DNA of 64,000 nucleotides from Eledone cirrhosa (Eukaryota): NCBI GenBank assembly GCA_964016885.1, contig OZ024742.1, positions 119,226,001 to 119,290,000 of the forward strand, read 5' to 3'. Shown piece by piece: positions 12,935 to 28,732 of this stretch (position 1 is its first letter; each line of letters starts with the position of its first letter). The notes under the pieces were generated by a model. It saw only the letters and a program-made list of their open reading frames with translations, ran no database searches and was not told where the DNA came from. The position numbers and the translations under genes were made by a program.

Positions 12935-13020
12935 TCCTTCTATAAAATAAAAAAATTTACTCTGCCATGTATTGAGTACCTTACTTACTGTGATTATCCC
13001 CGACTCAACTCGGGACCTAC

Positions 13021-13075
<55 letters not shown>

Positions 13076-13358
13076 AGCGCTCATATATTCACCTAGCTTA
13101 TGCGAACAGAATAACTATGAAGCTTGTTCCCTTCCTTCTACGGTTAGCTATCCTCTTTGTTGTTATCTCGTCTCACTCGCTTTACGCGTTTTAATTGTCC
13201 TAATAACTTAATTTAGTTATTATTGCACCGACGTGAGGTATATGATTTTTAATGCAATGAAATATCTATGATCGTCGGCAAATCACTGATGAGGGACTTA
13301 TATTATTTTATTACATGTTATCCATGTGCAATCAGCAGTATTCTTCTCCCCATTTTTT

Positions 13359-13443
<85 letters not shown>

Positions 13444-13453
13444 TCACACATAT

Positions 13454-13565
<112 letters not shown>

Positions 13566-13566
13566 C

Positions 13567-13599
<33 letters not shown>

Positions 13600-13724
13600 A
13601 AACATATATATATGTGTGTGTGTGCGCGTATGTGTGCGTGCGTGTGTGCGTGCGCGCCGCACATATGTGTGTGCATGTTCATATAGTTGCGTGTGTGAGT
13701 ATGTCTGTGTTTGTATGTATAATA

Positions 13725-13885
13725 AAATAATTGGTTCTACTTTTTGGCACAAGGCCAGAAATTACCCAGTATATTACTGGTGCTTTATTTTATCGACCCC
13801 GTAAGGATGAAAGGCAAAGTTAACCTCGGCGGGATTCGAACTCAGAATGGCAAGGGCCGTAACTCTGTGCGTCAAAGCATAGCGT
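13725..13885 (-). mobile_element. tRNA-derived SINE
   Basis: Reverse copy of the 19070-19225 family (GAGTTCGAATCCCGCCGAGGTTAACTTTGCCTTTCATCC). Confidence 0.8.
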
Positions 13886-13951
13886 ATAATAACAATAACA
13901 TATATAACACACACACACACGCATCATGTCCCACTGTCTGTCACTGTTTGA

Positions 13952-13992
<41 letters not shown>

Positions 13993-13999
13993 ATATAGC

Positions 14000-14043
<44 letters not shown>

Positions 14044-14359
14044 TTCCACGTACATACGAACGTGCACATACACACGCTTTCACGTACATACGCACATGCA
14101 CATACACACACGCACAAAAATTCATAACTTAAATTAAACAATTTTGTTATAGATAAGCAAAGATCCTTATCAAAACTAATTAAGTTAAGAGAAATTATTT
14201 TAGTCGGTAATTGTTTGTGATCCAGTTTGTTAGGAGTTGCCGTGCTTGATTAGGTTAGTACGGTGTCTGTAGCCAATGTATAATAGTGACTTAAATTTTA
14301 ATAATAATGTGAATTAAAGGCCGTATAACACAAAAGTATAAATCACTTAGCGCAGGAAA

Positions 14360-15075
14360 TGTTGTTCCTCTGTAAATGCTGGCTCCCTGAAAATGCGGGG
14401 GACATGGAAATGCAGACCTCTCGAAAATGGTTGCTCACGGAAAATATGGGGGTCTTGGAAATGCAGGCCTCCTGAAAATGGTGGCTCACCGAAAATGTGG
14501 GGGTCTTGAAAATGCGGGCCTCCTGAAAATGCTGGCTCCCTGAAAATGTGGGGGCCTTGGAAGTGCAGGCCTCCTGAAAATGCTGGCTCCCCCAAAATGT
14601 GGGGGTCTTGGAAATGTGGGCCTCCTGAAAATGCTGGCTCCCTTAAAATGTGGGGGTCTTGGAAACGCATGTCTCCTGAAAATGCTGGCTCCCTAAAAAT
14701 GCTGGCTCTCTAAAAATGCGGAGGTCTAGGAGAAGCGGGCTTCCTGAAAATCCAGCTCCCTGAAAATGCGAGCTTCCTGAAAATGATGCCCCCCCCCCCC
14801 CCCTTGAAAATGCGGGCTTCCTGAAAATGCGGGCCACCTGAAAGTGCGGGACCCTTCAAATGCGGGCCTTCTGAAAATTTGGGCCCCCTGAATATGCGGG
14901 CTTCCTTAAAATGCTGGCTCCTTAAAATGCGTGAGTGGGGGTGGAAATGTGGGTGCCTTGGAAATGCGGGAATTCTGGAAATGTAGGATTCCTGAAAATG
15001 CTGGTTCCCCGAGAATGCGAGCTTCCTCAATATGCGGGCCTTCATAAAATGCGGGCCTCCTGAAATGCAGTCCTC
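14360..15075. repeat. 17-bp-unit minisatellite (CTGAAAATGCGGGCYTC-like) with a 51-bp higher-order period
   Basis: GAAAATG recurs about every 17 nt. The minus-strand translation has a 17-aa period. Confidence 0.9.
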
Positions 15076-15796
15076 CAACCACTAAAAATGCTTCTCTGTT
15101 AATTCGGCACCGACGAATTTATCCCTGAATTTCTTTGTTGTTTGCCAGTGTAATTGTCTATATTGTTGAATTAATTTCTATCTATATTCATTTACTGTAT
15201 TTAATTCTTATTACATCTTGTTGTTATGGAATACAGTTGTTCGATAGCGTCATTATGAGATGTGTTGTTCCTTTATCTAGATTTGGGGTTGATGATGATT
15301 TCTCTTTTATGTACAAGTAGTATTCCTATAAAGGGAAAGGTTATGGTTTATTTTTCCGATTACAGAACTATAAATGTCAAAGTGGACCCAGGTAGAATTT
15401 GGATTCGAAATAGCGCAGTACCGAACGGTAGAGGGTTGTGTACCATAAGCTTTTTATTTTATTTTATTAAAGCGCCTGAAAATTTAAGTTAAAGTTGCAT
15501 CATGCTTGTGAAATTACTGTAAAATAATTGAGGTATTTACTGATATATCTTACAATTAATTTCAAAAACTAAGATAGAAAAAAAGAAAGGAAAAGAGAAA
15601 AGAAAAGGGTTTGTTATTAAATACGTGCCGATAAATTTGAATATGATTCAAACTTTACTACTCTAACTTCCACTTTTTTATCACTTCCTTTATTATGACA
15701 GAGGGAAACCCCACACTTCCATCTACGTGCGTTGTACGACCACTCATATTGTTTATTTATTTATTTTTTGTTTATTTATTTATTTATCTTCTACAT

Positions 15797-15865
15797 GATT
15801 GGTCCAATCCTCTGTATTATAAAAGCGAAGTAGTTTTCTTGACTAGCATATACACACTGTCAGTT
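15797..15865 (+). promoter_or_regulatory. Candidate core promoter of the EGF-like gene
   Basis: GATTGGTCCAATC (two opposed CCAAT boxes) at 15797-15809, TATAAAAG at 15818-15825, TCAGTT at 15860-15865. Confidence 0.45.
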
Positions 15866-15938
15866 GCAGAATCTGCCTGTAACATATCTCGAGTGGCATA
15901 ACTTGAAATAGTAGGATATCAATAACACAACAAGCAGC

Positions 15939-16298
15939 ATGGTGGTAGTAAGTGGCTGTAGTAAACGAAAAGCAAATCTAAGTGACTCTCTGCTAAAGTG
16001 TCTACTTTTCTTAACCTTAGTGAAAGTGGCAACTTCTATACGCTTCTATGAGATCTGTGAAGTGGGCGAATGTATGAACGGTGGTACTATGTATTGGCCG
16101 GACACTTTCTTAGGAATGTGTAAATGTTTGTGTCCACATCCATATGTTGGAGCCCTTTGCCAAAATACTTTAATAAGACCAGGTCGAAGGAGGCGGGCAA
16201 AGCAAAAGAAGAACTCAAAGAGACGTGGTCGAAGATCTATATTGAAGTCAATATTGTTGTCTGCACGAATAGCGGAGCATTCTAAAAGAAATACTTAA
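15939..16298 (+). CDS. Small secreted EGF-like peptide precursor (119 aa)
   Basis: Hydrophobic signal LLKCLLFLTLVKVATS; CEVGECMNGGT...CKCLCPHPYVGALC; then GRRRR, KRR and GRR basic sites. Good start context, unique sequence, TATA box upstream. Confidence 0.75.
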   Translation: MVVVSGCSKRKANLSDSLLKCLLFLTLVKVATSIRFYEICEVGECMNGGTMYWPDTFLGMCKCLCPHPYVGALCQNTLIRPGRRRRAKQKKNSKRRGRRSILKSILLSARIAEHSKRNT

Positions 16299-16925
16299 CA
16301 TTTGTTCGACTAAACTTTCAACATGTAAGCAGAAATATTTTTTATTTATTTTCTAATCCTTTATTGTCTTACATTTTCTTTCCTTCCACTTTCGTTCTTT
16401 TCCTTTGTCACTCTCTCTTTTTCTTTTAATTGCTTTTTTCCTTTTAATTTTTTTTCTTTTCGGTTATTTCAATATTTTTTTTTAAAGAGAGATGGAAGGA
16501 GGGTACAGAAATAGGCGAGGGGAAAGTTACAGAAAACGAAATAGGAAACGTGTCTACAATAGACAAGGAAGGCTGCGCTCTATTAAATATCACTAATATA
16601 TTTCAATGTCAAAATTCAAGTAAAATTATTCCAAGCATATAGAATTAATTCATGTTGATGATGACGATGATGATGATACACTTTTTACAGAAGGTCATTT
16701 CATGGACTTAGTGAAACTAACTATATATATATATATTTACTAATGTGACGAACGTGTTTATCTCTTCTCCGCCCACCCACACACACCTATATATATATAT
16801 ATATATATATTGTGTGTGTGTGTGTGTGAGTGTGTATGTTACTACACATACATTTATATAATTTCATATATTTGTTAATACAATATATATTTATGTGTGG
16901 GTGTATGAGTATGTATCTATACATG

Positions 16926-17018
<93 letters not shown>

Positions 17019-17558
17019 GTATCTGCGTACATGTATGTAGGTGCGCATGTACAACTTAACATGCGTGTGCAACCTTACGTATGTGTATGTATGTGTATAT
17101 GTACACACGTGTACTTATATTTGCTTACGAATGCATATACATGGATATATAAAAAAGACCGTGTTTGCATAATTATATATTTTCTGCTCTACACGTGTAA
17201 CTAACTATAAAGTTACATATATGCAATATTGATCTAATGTAATGTTTAAGTGGCGGACAGTGTCGATCAAATCGATCCCAGTATATTACTGCTATTTTAT
17301 TTTATCGACTCCTGGAAAGATGACAAGCAAAGTGACCTCAGCGGGATTTGATCTCGTAACAAATTCGGCAAAGCATTTTTTTCTAACGTCCTGTGATGCT
17401 GCCAAATCTACTACCCTATACGTATGTGATATTGCTTTGGTGAGAACAATAACTAAAAAAAAAACTAAAACAACCGACTTAAGTTGTTAGGCATGGGCTG
17501 GAAAGAACCATATATGATGCATATGTGATTACGTATTTGAAGGTGTGCATTTATACAC

Positions 17559-17589
<31 letters not shown>

Positions 17590-17810
17590 TGTATGTATGT
17601 ATGTATGTATGTATGTATGTATGTATGTATGTATTGAAGACACCAAGGTTTTTAAATCAAATCCATCTTTTATCTAGTGGACTATCTCAATATAATTACT
17701 CACACACATACACATATATATATATATGCATTATTTTATTCATTTGCATGTGGCAATGCTGGTGCACCACCCTTTGCATGTACATGAATATACTTCAGCA
17801 TACTTGCATG

Positions 17811-17841
<31 letters not shown>

Positions 17842-18261
17842 GCATGTATGTGGGAGTATGCACGCGCGTGTTCATGGATAGGTGAATCAATTAAACTTCA
17901 GTCGGTAACCCAAACCCTGCCACAATGTCTGTTCACGACAACCCCAACTCCATCCACGCCTTCACCTTCACCTCCACTCTTCTCCTGTCTACCGCCGCGA
18001 CCCCCGTCCCCCACACAACCGTCTCTCGATACCGCCGTCCTCGCCATCGCCCGTCCTACTTACATAACTCTCTCCCTCACTGACAAGCAAATAAATGATG
18101 CAATAAGTAACAGTTAGTGAGAATGAGACCATCGACAAAAGACAATAATAGCAAAGCGTTGGTGGAAGAGAATGGGGATAAAAAATTAAGAGAATTGTGC
18201 GTAATTTTTACTTGAAGCACATCCATTATTAATATTATGATGAATAGAGCAAGTAGAAGGT

Positions 18262-18387
18262 TTCTTCTTCTTCTTCTTCTTTTTCTTCTCTTCTTCTTCT
18301 TCTTCTTCTTCTTCTTCTTCTTCTTCTTCTTCTTCTTCTTCTTCTTCTTCTTCTTCTTCTTCTTCTTCTTCTTCTTCTTCTTCTTCT
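18262..18387. repeat. (TTC)n microsatellite
   Basis: Direct reading. Confidence 0.98.
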
Positions 18388-18424
18388 CCCTCCCTCTCCT
18401 CCTCCACCTCCTCAGTAGTCGTCA

Positions 18425-19225
18425 TATAGAGTTCAAATCCCGCCCAAACCAACTTTGCCATTCATGCTTCCGGGGTCAAAAATAATTCATCTGTTAAGAG
18501 GTGATTTAAATGATATCTCCTCCCGCCAAAGTTAGTCTTTGTGTCACTGTTAAGAAGCTTTCGGTAATTGTTTTGACTTTTTCAAATCCTGTCAAGGTTA
18601 AACTTGTCTTTTTCGTCCTTTCGGGGTCGATAAATGAAATTACTTGTCATGTGCTGGGGTTTGAAATAATCGACTTTTCCTTCCCTGCCCACCAAAATTG
18701 CTTGTCTTGTGCCAAAATTAGATGGCCCTTTATGGTCTAAGTTCAAATTCCGCCGAGGTTAACTTTGCCTTTCATCCTTACGGGGTCGATAAAATAAAGC
18801 ACCAGTAATACACTTGGATAATTGCTGGCCTTGTGCCAAAAGTAGAAACAATTATTATAATTGAGGGCGGCGGATTAGCAGTGGCGGTAGATTGTCAGAC
18901 ACCATGCTTTGCAACATAGTCATGGCCCTTTACTGTCTGAGTTCAAATCCCGCCGAGGTTAAGAAAGGGGATTCTTTGAAGACTATATTTAGAGAAGAAT
19001 AGTGATATAAAGACATCCTTATTATCGTGTTGGATGGCAGTATCGGTAGAGGGTCTGACGCCATACTTTGACGCATAGAGTTACGGCCCTTGCCATTCTG
19101 AGTTCAAATCCCGCCGAAGTTAACCTTGCCTTTCATCCTTACGGGGTCGATAAAATAAAGCACCAGTAATACACTGGGTTAATTGCTGGCCTTGTGCCAA
19201 AAGTAGAAACAATTATTATAATTGT
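18425..19225 (+). mobile_element. Cluster of tandem full and partial tRNA-derived SINEs
   Basis: Repeated GTTCAAATYCCGCCGAGGTTAAC...GGGGTCGATAAAATAAAGCACCAG...GGCCTTGTGCCAAAAGTAGAAAC, with (AAT)-type tails. Confidence 0.85.
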
Positions 19226-20337
19226 TATTTAATGGTTTAAATTCAATTCTATCTTATTTCCCAAATCATGAACAGATGTTTAATCTCGCAAACTTTCTTT
19301 CAACTTTTTTTTCTTTCTTTGCGCGAGTGCGAACATATGCATGTGTGTTTGTGTGTGTATGTGTATGTGTGTGTGTTTAAAGAATGGTAATCTTATTTAA
19401 GTTTGTTTGGAATATAGTTATAACCTTCAGGGCATATACCAATTTTCTATGCTTACTTATTTCACTGAATATGTATTTTAATTACACCCTTGTAATATGT
19501 TTTCTTTGCTTTCTATTTGATAATCTTTGCTCCTATACTTTAAAACTTTCTCAGAGTTGTATATGCGTTGTATATATAACAACAAAGACATTTTCTAGAC
19601 AATTTAGTATGTATGTATGTATGTATGTATGTATGTATGTATGTATGTGTGTGTGTGTGTGTGTGTATATGTGTCATGACCTAGATGTAAGTGTGATAAA
19701 ATGTTTTACTTTGTTACATTAAAATTCTGCTGGAGGCAAATTTAACTTTACTGTTGATGAGATCAATATAAAATACACCTGTCCTACGCGTATATCCCTG
19801 TCAAATTAAGCAATGTACCTTGTTCAAATACCGTCGTTATAGGTCCGTTTAGAGCAGAGGCTCTATAAGTGGGCACTATAGCCCCACCCCGGGGCCGTTG
19901 AGAAGGTCCAGAGGGCGCTGGGGCCTAAGGGGGCAATAGGGATGATATAATAGTATATTAAATATCAAGTGATACATATTATATATAAATATAGTAAAAT
20001 TAAAAATATATAATATTTATTTATACATAGTATATATTGTATGATTTATTATATATAAATTAACGATTTTATTTATTATATATTATTTACAATTTGCATG
20101 GAGACAGGTCTTTTTGGAAATAGGGTTGGGGCGCTGAGGGTATCACGTGGCTAAATGTCAAGGAAGAAGCTTTAGTTAATCCAACCACACCATAATAGAA
20201 TCAATATTGATCGTAGTGTGTGTAAATATTAGTGAAATAACATTCTTAGTACTAAAAGATTTAGACATCATCCTGCAGATTGCGCTATCAAACTTTGGAA
20301 CTTTTAACAGAGGAATGTTTTAAGGGGCCTCTACAAG

Positions 20338-20530
20338 CAGTGGATTAGCAGTATCAGTAGAATGTCAGACACCATACTTTGCAGCAAAGAGTTATGGCCA
20401 TTTGCGGTCTGAGCTTAAATCCCGCAGAGGTTAACTTTGTCTTTCATCCTTACGGGGCCGATAAAATAAAGCACCAGTAATGCACTGGGTTAATTGCTGG
20501 CCTTGTGCCAAGAGTAGAAACAATTATTTC
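20338..20530 (+). mobile_element. tRNA-derived SINE (same family)
   Basis: Homologous to 19030-19225. Confidence 0.85.
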
Positions 20531-22304
20531 TAAAGAAACACTTAATCGTTTATTATAATGCTATAGAGTAAACGACGTTGGGAATAAAACATAAAACTAA
20601 GGGTGCAGTGTACCGAAAAGTATGGGAACCCCATAATAAGTAATTTTTTGAAAGGAGTTTGTATAATAGATAAGAAAAATTCTCCAGTATATTCATTGTT
20701 TTATTTGACTTCAGAAGTATGAAACGCCACGTCAATACTTTTGTGTTTGTTCATTGAACTCTGTATGGCATTGCATGGAACACTATGAAGCGTTCACGTC
20801 AGTTCGCTACTGATTGTGCCCACTCCACTAATCTCATTTTATCTTGGTAGTTATGTAGACAAGAAGCCTGAGATTTGATTTTAGATAGGGGTTAGTTGGG
20901 ATACCTGTACAGTGAAATGTTCTAAGTGGGAATCAATTTCGAATCGTACTCAAGTTAATGCTTCAACTCATCTTTCTAGTATGACACTCGAAATATAAAT
21001 TAATAAAATAAATATTAAAAAGAAATGAATACCTAGTTAATAATGAACAAACAGACGTAAATATAGAAGGTTAATTGCAGCATATATGTCAGTAACGAAA
21101 CCGGTTAGAGTATTAACTGAAGTGATATATGAAAATATTGTTGAACTGCTTAGTTGCAGGACATATAGAAACTTAACATAAATACAACACATGTACTAAC
21201 TACTAGTGCAAACATAATGCATGTATGTATGTATGTATGTATGTATGTATGTATGTATGTATGTATGTATGTATGTATGTATGTATGTATGCATTATTAA
21301 TTTATAGAGTTAAACATTCGTATATTTCTCGACAGCTTATGATTTTTATGTTACTGTAACGTTTACTGTTTTCCTTTCAAATTATATAATACTTATCATA
21401 ACGGCCATATTCTTTTTTTCTATTTATCAGAATTGAAAATTGAAAACCTCTTCTGAAATTGCAACCCGAGTCACGACCTTTATATCATGGTTTTGGATAA
21501 GAAAGACATTTGGAATTTCATCATGTCGCATTTCTCAGCCTGGCATTTCTTAAAAAATAATCTTTGGGACACTCTGAAAATAGACATTTTCTCTTTGATT
21601 GTAATTCTGCAGGATTCTTGTCACGAATATGAAATCTTATGTGATTTAAATATGCTTCACACGTACAACAAATACAATTTTTTTTTAAAATGCGTACTTC
21701 TTTACATTCCACGGTCTTTTATTGGCATTCCATATTTATAATGTTAGTATAAAGACCTTTCAAACATTCCAATGTACGTTTTTATTAAAATTAGTTTATA
21801 TTTAAACTAATAAACAGATTATCATGCAGTGTTAATTTGGTTTTCCTTTAGTTCGATAATCTCATAAATATATAGAATAATTGTAAAGTCATTGTTACCG
21901 CCACTAATAATTATTATGTTCATTCTGGTATTGTTTGTTCTTCAACATTTGTGTGGACATTATTTTTCAAACTTAATATTTATTATATGACACTGCTTAA
22001 GTATTTATTACATATAATTTCTATTGTGGCATTTCTCTATCTCTCTTTCTTTCACATATATATATATTATATAATTTCAAATCCGATTTAAGTCAAGGGA
22101 CTTATATGCATTAATACTCAACTGTTAAGAGTTTTTTTGGAGGACTTCTCTAAAACTTTTTTTTTTTTAAATAGTACATTTTTTATCGTTTTCATTTCAC
22201 ATTCATTCTTGTACATATTCACACACATGCAGACATGCAACACATTAATATTTAAATATTAATTAAAATTAATTTAAAACAACATCAACAAAGCAAACAT
22301 ATTA

Positions 22305-22520
22305 TAGTGGATTGACGGAATCATTAGGAACGGACCAAATGCGGTACGGTATTTTGTTACGGTCCTTCATATTCTGAGTTCAAATCCTACTTAGGTCATC
22401 TTTGCTTTTCACCCATCTGGTGTAAAGTAATTACCAGACAAGAATGAAAGTCGATACAATCGACTGCCTCTCCACGCCCAAGAAAGTTATTCTGGCTGTG
22501 TGATTATATAAGAAATGATT
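22305..22520 (+). mobile_element. Diverged SINE of a related family
   Basis: TTCTGAGTTCAAATCC...TTTGCTTTTCACCC core. Confidence 0.6.
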
Positions 22521-23749
22521 TTCTAGTCATTAAAAAAATGACAATTATTATGTAAAAAAAATGGAGCTTTGACTCATCGGATATACTTTTCATTTTATTT
22601 ATTCGGACTGCCATCTCATACTTCAGTTGTGTTGTGCGTTATTTAATGATAGAGGAGCAAATGAGTGTATTTATTTAAACAAATATGTAAATATAAGTTA
22701 TATGGTATATAATATAATGAATTAATCAACGTGTACATTTTGTTAAATATTATTATAAATATTTAAATTATTTATTTTCTAATAAAATTATTTTTTTATA
22801 TACGTTTTCTGACTGAATTTTTTTTGCGGTTTAACTTTACGTTTTTGTTTTTTAAAAAAATCCGATACCAATAAATTTTGATTTAGTGTGTGTATGTGAG
22901 AGTGTGCGCATGTGTATATGTGTGTTTGTGTACGAAATGAGGGATTGCTTTAGAGCAAGAGATACATTCAAAGTATGATGAAACCGCCATCATCAAGGGA
23001 AGCCCTGTTCTTTCACTTACTTCGACAATGCTCGCGAGGAAGATATCGAAGCCCAAATCATCTATACACCTCTAAATCTTAATATAGTCAGCTAAAATAC
23101 CAGCGCATACTGCGCAGACATTTGAGACCATATATATCCTAAGTATTCTAGAAAGTAGATTTTCGCAATAATAACCACCGTGTATGTATTGGGATTGATT
23201 ATATACAATCGATCCTACAATAAATAAATAAATAAATAAAGTTGTTGCATATTCCAGGTCAACTTTGATCAATTATACCAATATAAAAATGCATTCCAGC
23301 CATAACCAAGCCCACCTTTTAGGAGTATATGGAAGAACATTTTCTAGCGTGTTGTTTCAGTACGATTTGAGTGTAATTTCTAGTAGATCGAGCTATCAAG
23401 TGTAGAGTCTCTTTCAAAATCAAATAAAAACCAAGTGATTATATTGAAGTTCAGCTGGGCAAGTTATTGACTTCGATTATTAACAGTTCATATCTCGCTG
23501 ATTCTGTACAGAATATATTTATGTATAGATAATGCCACTGGGAAAGGCTTGAACATCACGCCCCCCCCCTCCCACTTAAACAAATAATGTATCCATCTCG
23601 AGTAAAAAAGGGAACTAAGATTCTGATCGACGTAATAACATTTAGAAAAGGTATGAACTTAAGATCTCATTTGTTTTTAATAGAATTTGTTATTTTAGCA
23701 CCTAGTGCCATGGAAGAAGAAATACACACATATACAGGTACGTACTTAC

Positions 23750-24013
23750 GTATATATATATATATATATATAGTGTGTGTGTGTGTATACATGTGTGTAT
23801 ATATATATATATGTGTGTATATATATGTATGTGTGTGTATATATATGTCTGTGTATATATATGTGTGTGTATATATATGTGTGTGTATATTTATATATGT
23901 GTATATTTATATATGTGTGTATATATATATGTGTGTATATATATATGTGTGTATATATATATGTGTGTATATATATATGTATATATATATATGTATATGC
24001 ATATATATATATG

Positions 24014-24044
<31 letters not shown>

Positions 24045-24045
24045 G

Positions 24046-24133
<88 letters not shown>

Positions 24134-24155
24134 TGTGTATATATATATATGTATG

Positions 24156-24222
<67 letters not shown>

Positions 24223-24420
24223 GTATATATATATATGTATATATATATATGTATATATATATATGTATATATATATATGTATATATATATATGTATATAT
24301 ATATATGTATATATATATATGTATATATATATATGTATATATATATATGTATATATATGTATGTATATATATATATGTATATATATATATATGTATATAT
24401 ATAGGTATATGTATATATGT
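23750..24420. repeat. Compound (TA)n/TG microsatellite
   Basis: Direct reading. Confidence 0.98.
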
Positions 24421-24597
24421 AATATTCAGGATACTATTTATGGTTATGTATATTCTAAACCTTAAACAGTGAAGGTCATTAATTTATTACTACCTTATTG
24501 CCAGTAAGATAAATAGCTCAATGTAATAACGTCAGTTGTTCTACAGAGCAGTTATATAGAATTCACAAGAATCAAAGCTATGTTCAAAGCATTTATT

Positions 24598-24644
24598 CAC
24601 TTACAATTGTTTCATCCAAACCTAGGCTTGGAGTCTTCGGAGCA
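24598..24644 (-). ncRNA. Hammerhead motif with CCGAAGA core
   Basis: Inverted twin of 25155-25201. Confidence 0.65.
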
Positions 24645-25067
24645 TTTTTCAATGTTTGTACATATAATTGACCTCCTTTCCAACGCAAAAGAAATACAGA
24701 TACATATATATATATTGATGTACAGTGGAGTGACATATATTATACTATACTATTTTTGTACAGCAATTCAAATTCAAAATCAAAATCAAAATTAAAATAC
24801 ATTCGGCAGATAACACAGATAATGCAAGAGGATAGTTTGATAGTCAGATCTAGTAGGTAGTGTATGCGTTAGTATACTCCATGTGTAACGTTAGTATGCT
24901 CCATGTGTAACTAACGCATACACTACCTACTAGATCTGACTATCAAACTATCCTCTTGCATTATCTGTGTTATCTGCCGAATGTATTTTAATTCTGATTT
25001 TGATTTTGAATTTGAATTGCTGTACAAAGATAGTATAGTATAATACATGTCACTCCACTGTACATCA

Positions 25068-25099
<32 letters not shown>

Positions 25100-25154
25100 C
25101 TGTATGTCTCTTGCGTTGGATAGGAGGTCAATTATATGTACAAACATTGAAAAA

Positions 25155-25201
25155 TGCTCCGAAGACTCCAAGCCTAGGTTTGGATGAAACAATTGTAAGT
25201 G
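25155..25201 (+). ncRNA. Hammerhead motif with CCGAAGA core
   Basis: TGCT-CCGAAGA-C-TCCAA-GCCTAGGT-TTGGA-T-GAAA-CAATTG-TA-AGTG. Palindromic ACAATTGT stem III. Confidence 0.65.
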
Positions 25202-25242
25202 AATAAATGCTTTTAACATAGCTTTGATTCTTGTGAATTCTG

Positions 25243-26620
<1,378 letters not shown>

Positions 26621-27081
26621 TTATTAAATCGGCACTTTTCTTCATCTTGTGTAAGTACCGAAAATGAAAATGTTTGCTTCTCATTTACAACCAAAAACAT
26701 TCGTCTGTAGTTTATCAATCAATTGGATTTCTAAATAAATAAAGAAAGAGTGGGGTTGTGTTTCCTGGTCATTGCATGTCTTTAACGGAGTCTATCTATT
26801 CTGTTGGAAGTATTCGGCCTCGGTCTCCGGTCTGAATATTGCCCACTTTCTTCTAGGATAAATTTGGAAATTCTGAAAACAGGTCATGGGCACGACCCTT
26901 GTTCAGCTGATTAATTTATTTCGAAAACTCTGAAGAAAAAGTCAAGTGTGAAAAGTGAACAAAAGGAAATGTTAGTAAAATAGTAAAAATCAAGAATCGA
27001 AACTTTTTCTATTTAACGACTACCACTAATATATATCTATAAACATGAAAGTAAAAAAAATAGCTGGAGTATGTGTGTATG

Positions 27082-27127
<46 letters not shown>

Positions 27128-27184
27128 AGAGAGAGAGAGAGAGAGAGAGCGCGCGTGTGTGTGAGAAAGAGAGAGAGAGAGCGT

Positions 27185-27243
<59 letters not shown>

Positions 27244-27643
27244 AGAGTCAATGTGTTGGTGTGTGTGTGTATATGTGTGCGTGTGTGTGTATGTATGTGT
27301 GGATGTGTGCGTGCGACAGAACATTAAAGACAAAAACATTAAATGCCGTTCAAGTAGTATTGAGGCGCCTAATACTGTATGATGCAATATGTCGCCCTCC
27401 AAGCGGAACAATTTATACCTCCTTCCATTTTAAGGTAGCAGTGCAAACCACTATAACAGTTTAATACACGCACCCACACACACATATATATGTATATATA
27501 CACATACATACATATACATGCATACATACATACATACGTATATAATATGTACGTACGTACGTACATACATACGTATATACATATATACATACATACATAC
27601 ATAAATGCATACATACATACGTACGTATGTACATACTTACGTA

Positions 27644-27680
<37 letters not shown>

Positions 27681-27975
27681 AGATAAATCTACCAAAATAA
27701 ACGGTAGTGTCCAAGTGTCTAATCTGTATGAAGAACTCAATGTAATCCAAATATAGAAGATACGGGTGGTTTAGTATATATATATATATATATATATATA
27801 AATTCTGTATAGATGGAATTGTTTACCTGTGCTAGGATTCTTCTTTAACCTGCATTAATGTTTTGATATATATTTACCATTAACTGTATATATATATATA
27901 CTATCCAGGAAGCTCCAACCGTTAAGGTTGTCTTTTTTTCCGGGTATGTCAATATTTATTTATAAACCAAATCTG

Positions 27976-28041
27976 TATTTTATCTGATGAAAGCGCACTA
28001 TAATTTACCTTGGTTGCCCTTGAAATATGTATAATAAAATA
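27976..28041 (+). ncRNA. Type I hammerhead ribozyme
   Basis: TATTTTAT-CTGATGA-AAGCGCAC...GTTGCCCTT-GAAA-TATGTA-TA-ATAAAATA. Stem I is 8 bp. Confidence 0.75.
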
Positions 28042-28225
28042 AATATAGTTTTATAAATATAGGTTCCATTTATATATAGTTATATATAAATATAGTTTCC
28101 ATATTGTGTATTTACTCCACTAAACTGTTGAGTGCTTTATATCAGTTATAACATTTTTAAGCTTGTTGAATCCCAACAAATTAAATATAACCTCTGCATA
28201 TATATATATATACATATATATATAT

Positions 28226-28258
<33 letters not shown>

Positions 28259-28701
28259 CATATATACAAAAGTCTGTGATTGATGCTTGCTTGTCTGTAA
28301 TGTAATACAGCCAAAAGGGCACATGATGGGAAAATACTTTGAAAGGAAGTTGACCCTTAAATGGGAATACAAATGGAATAAAACAAGTTTCGCGGAAATC
28401 GGACCACGGGTTCCCGAGATATGGGGTTTTTCCGGATACCTTCATAAACGGAGAAAGAGAAAGAGAGAGAGGAAGAGATAGTGGTTGTGAGAGATTATAT
28501 TGAAAGAGAGACATAGAGAGAGGGAGAGGAGACAGAGAAGGAGAATGGAAGAGAGCTGTGGTTGTTGTATATATATATGAGTGTGTGTGTGTGTGTGTAT
28601 GTATGTGTGTGTGTCTATGACCAGTGCATATAGATCACAGACACCCACATATATATATACACATACATATATATATGTATACACACGCACCTATTTATAT
28701 T

Positions 28702-28732
<31 letters not shown>

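Noticed and set aside
14347-15078. Repetitive FQDPHIFREPAFSGGPH ORFs, or a possible CRISPR array
   Set aside because: The 17-nt unit is not a multiple of 3, frames break, there are no unique spacers, and the context is eukaryotic.
17848-18485. Pro-rich, poly-E and poly-F ORFs as exons
   Set aside because: Low-complexity sequence and (TTC)n, with no domain or splice support.
28300-28450. Helentron/DINE-like non-autonomous element
   Set aside because: Only one suggestive motif (AAGTTTCGCGGAAATCGGACC) and no definable termini.
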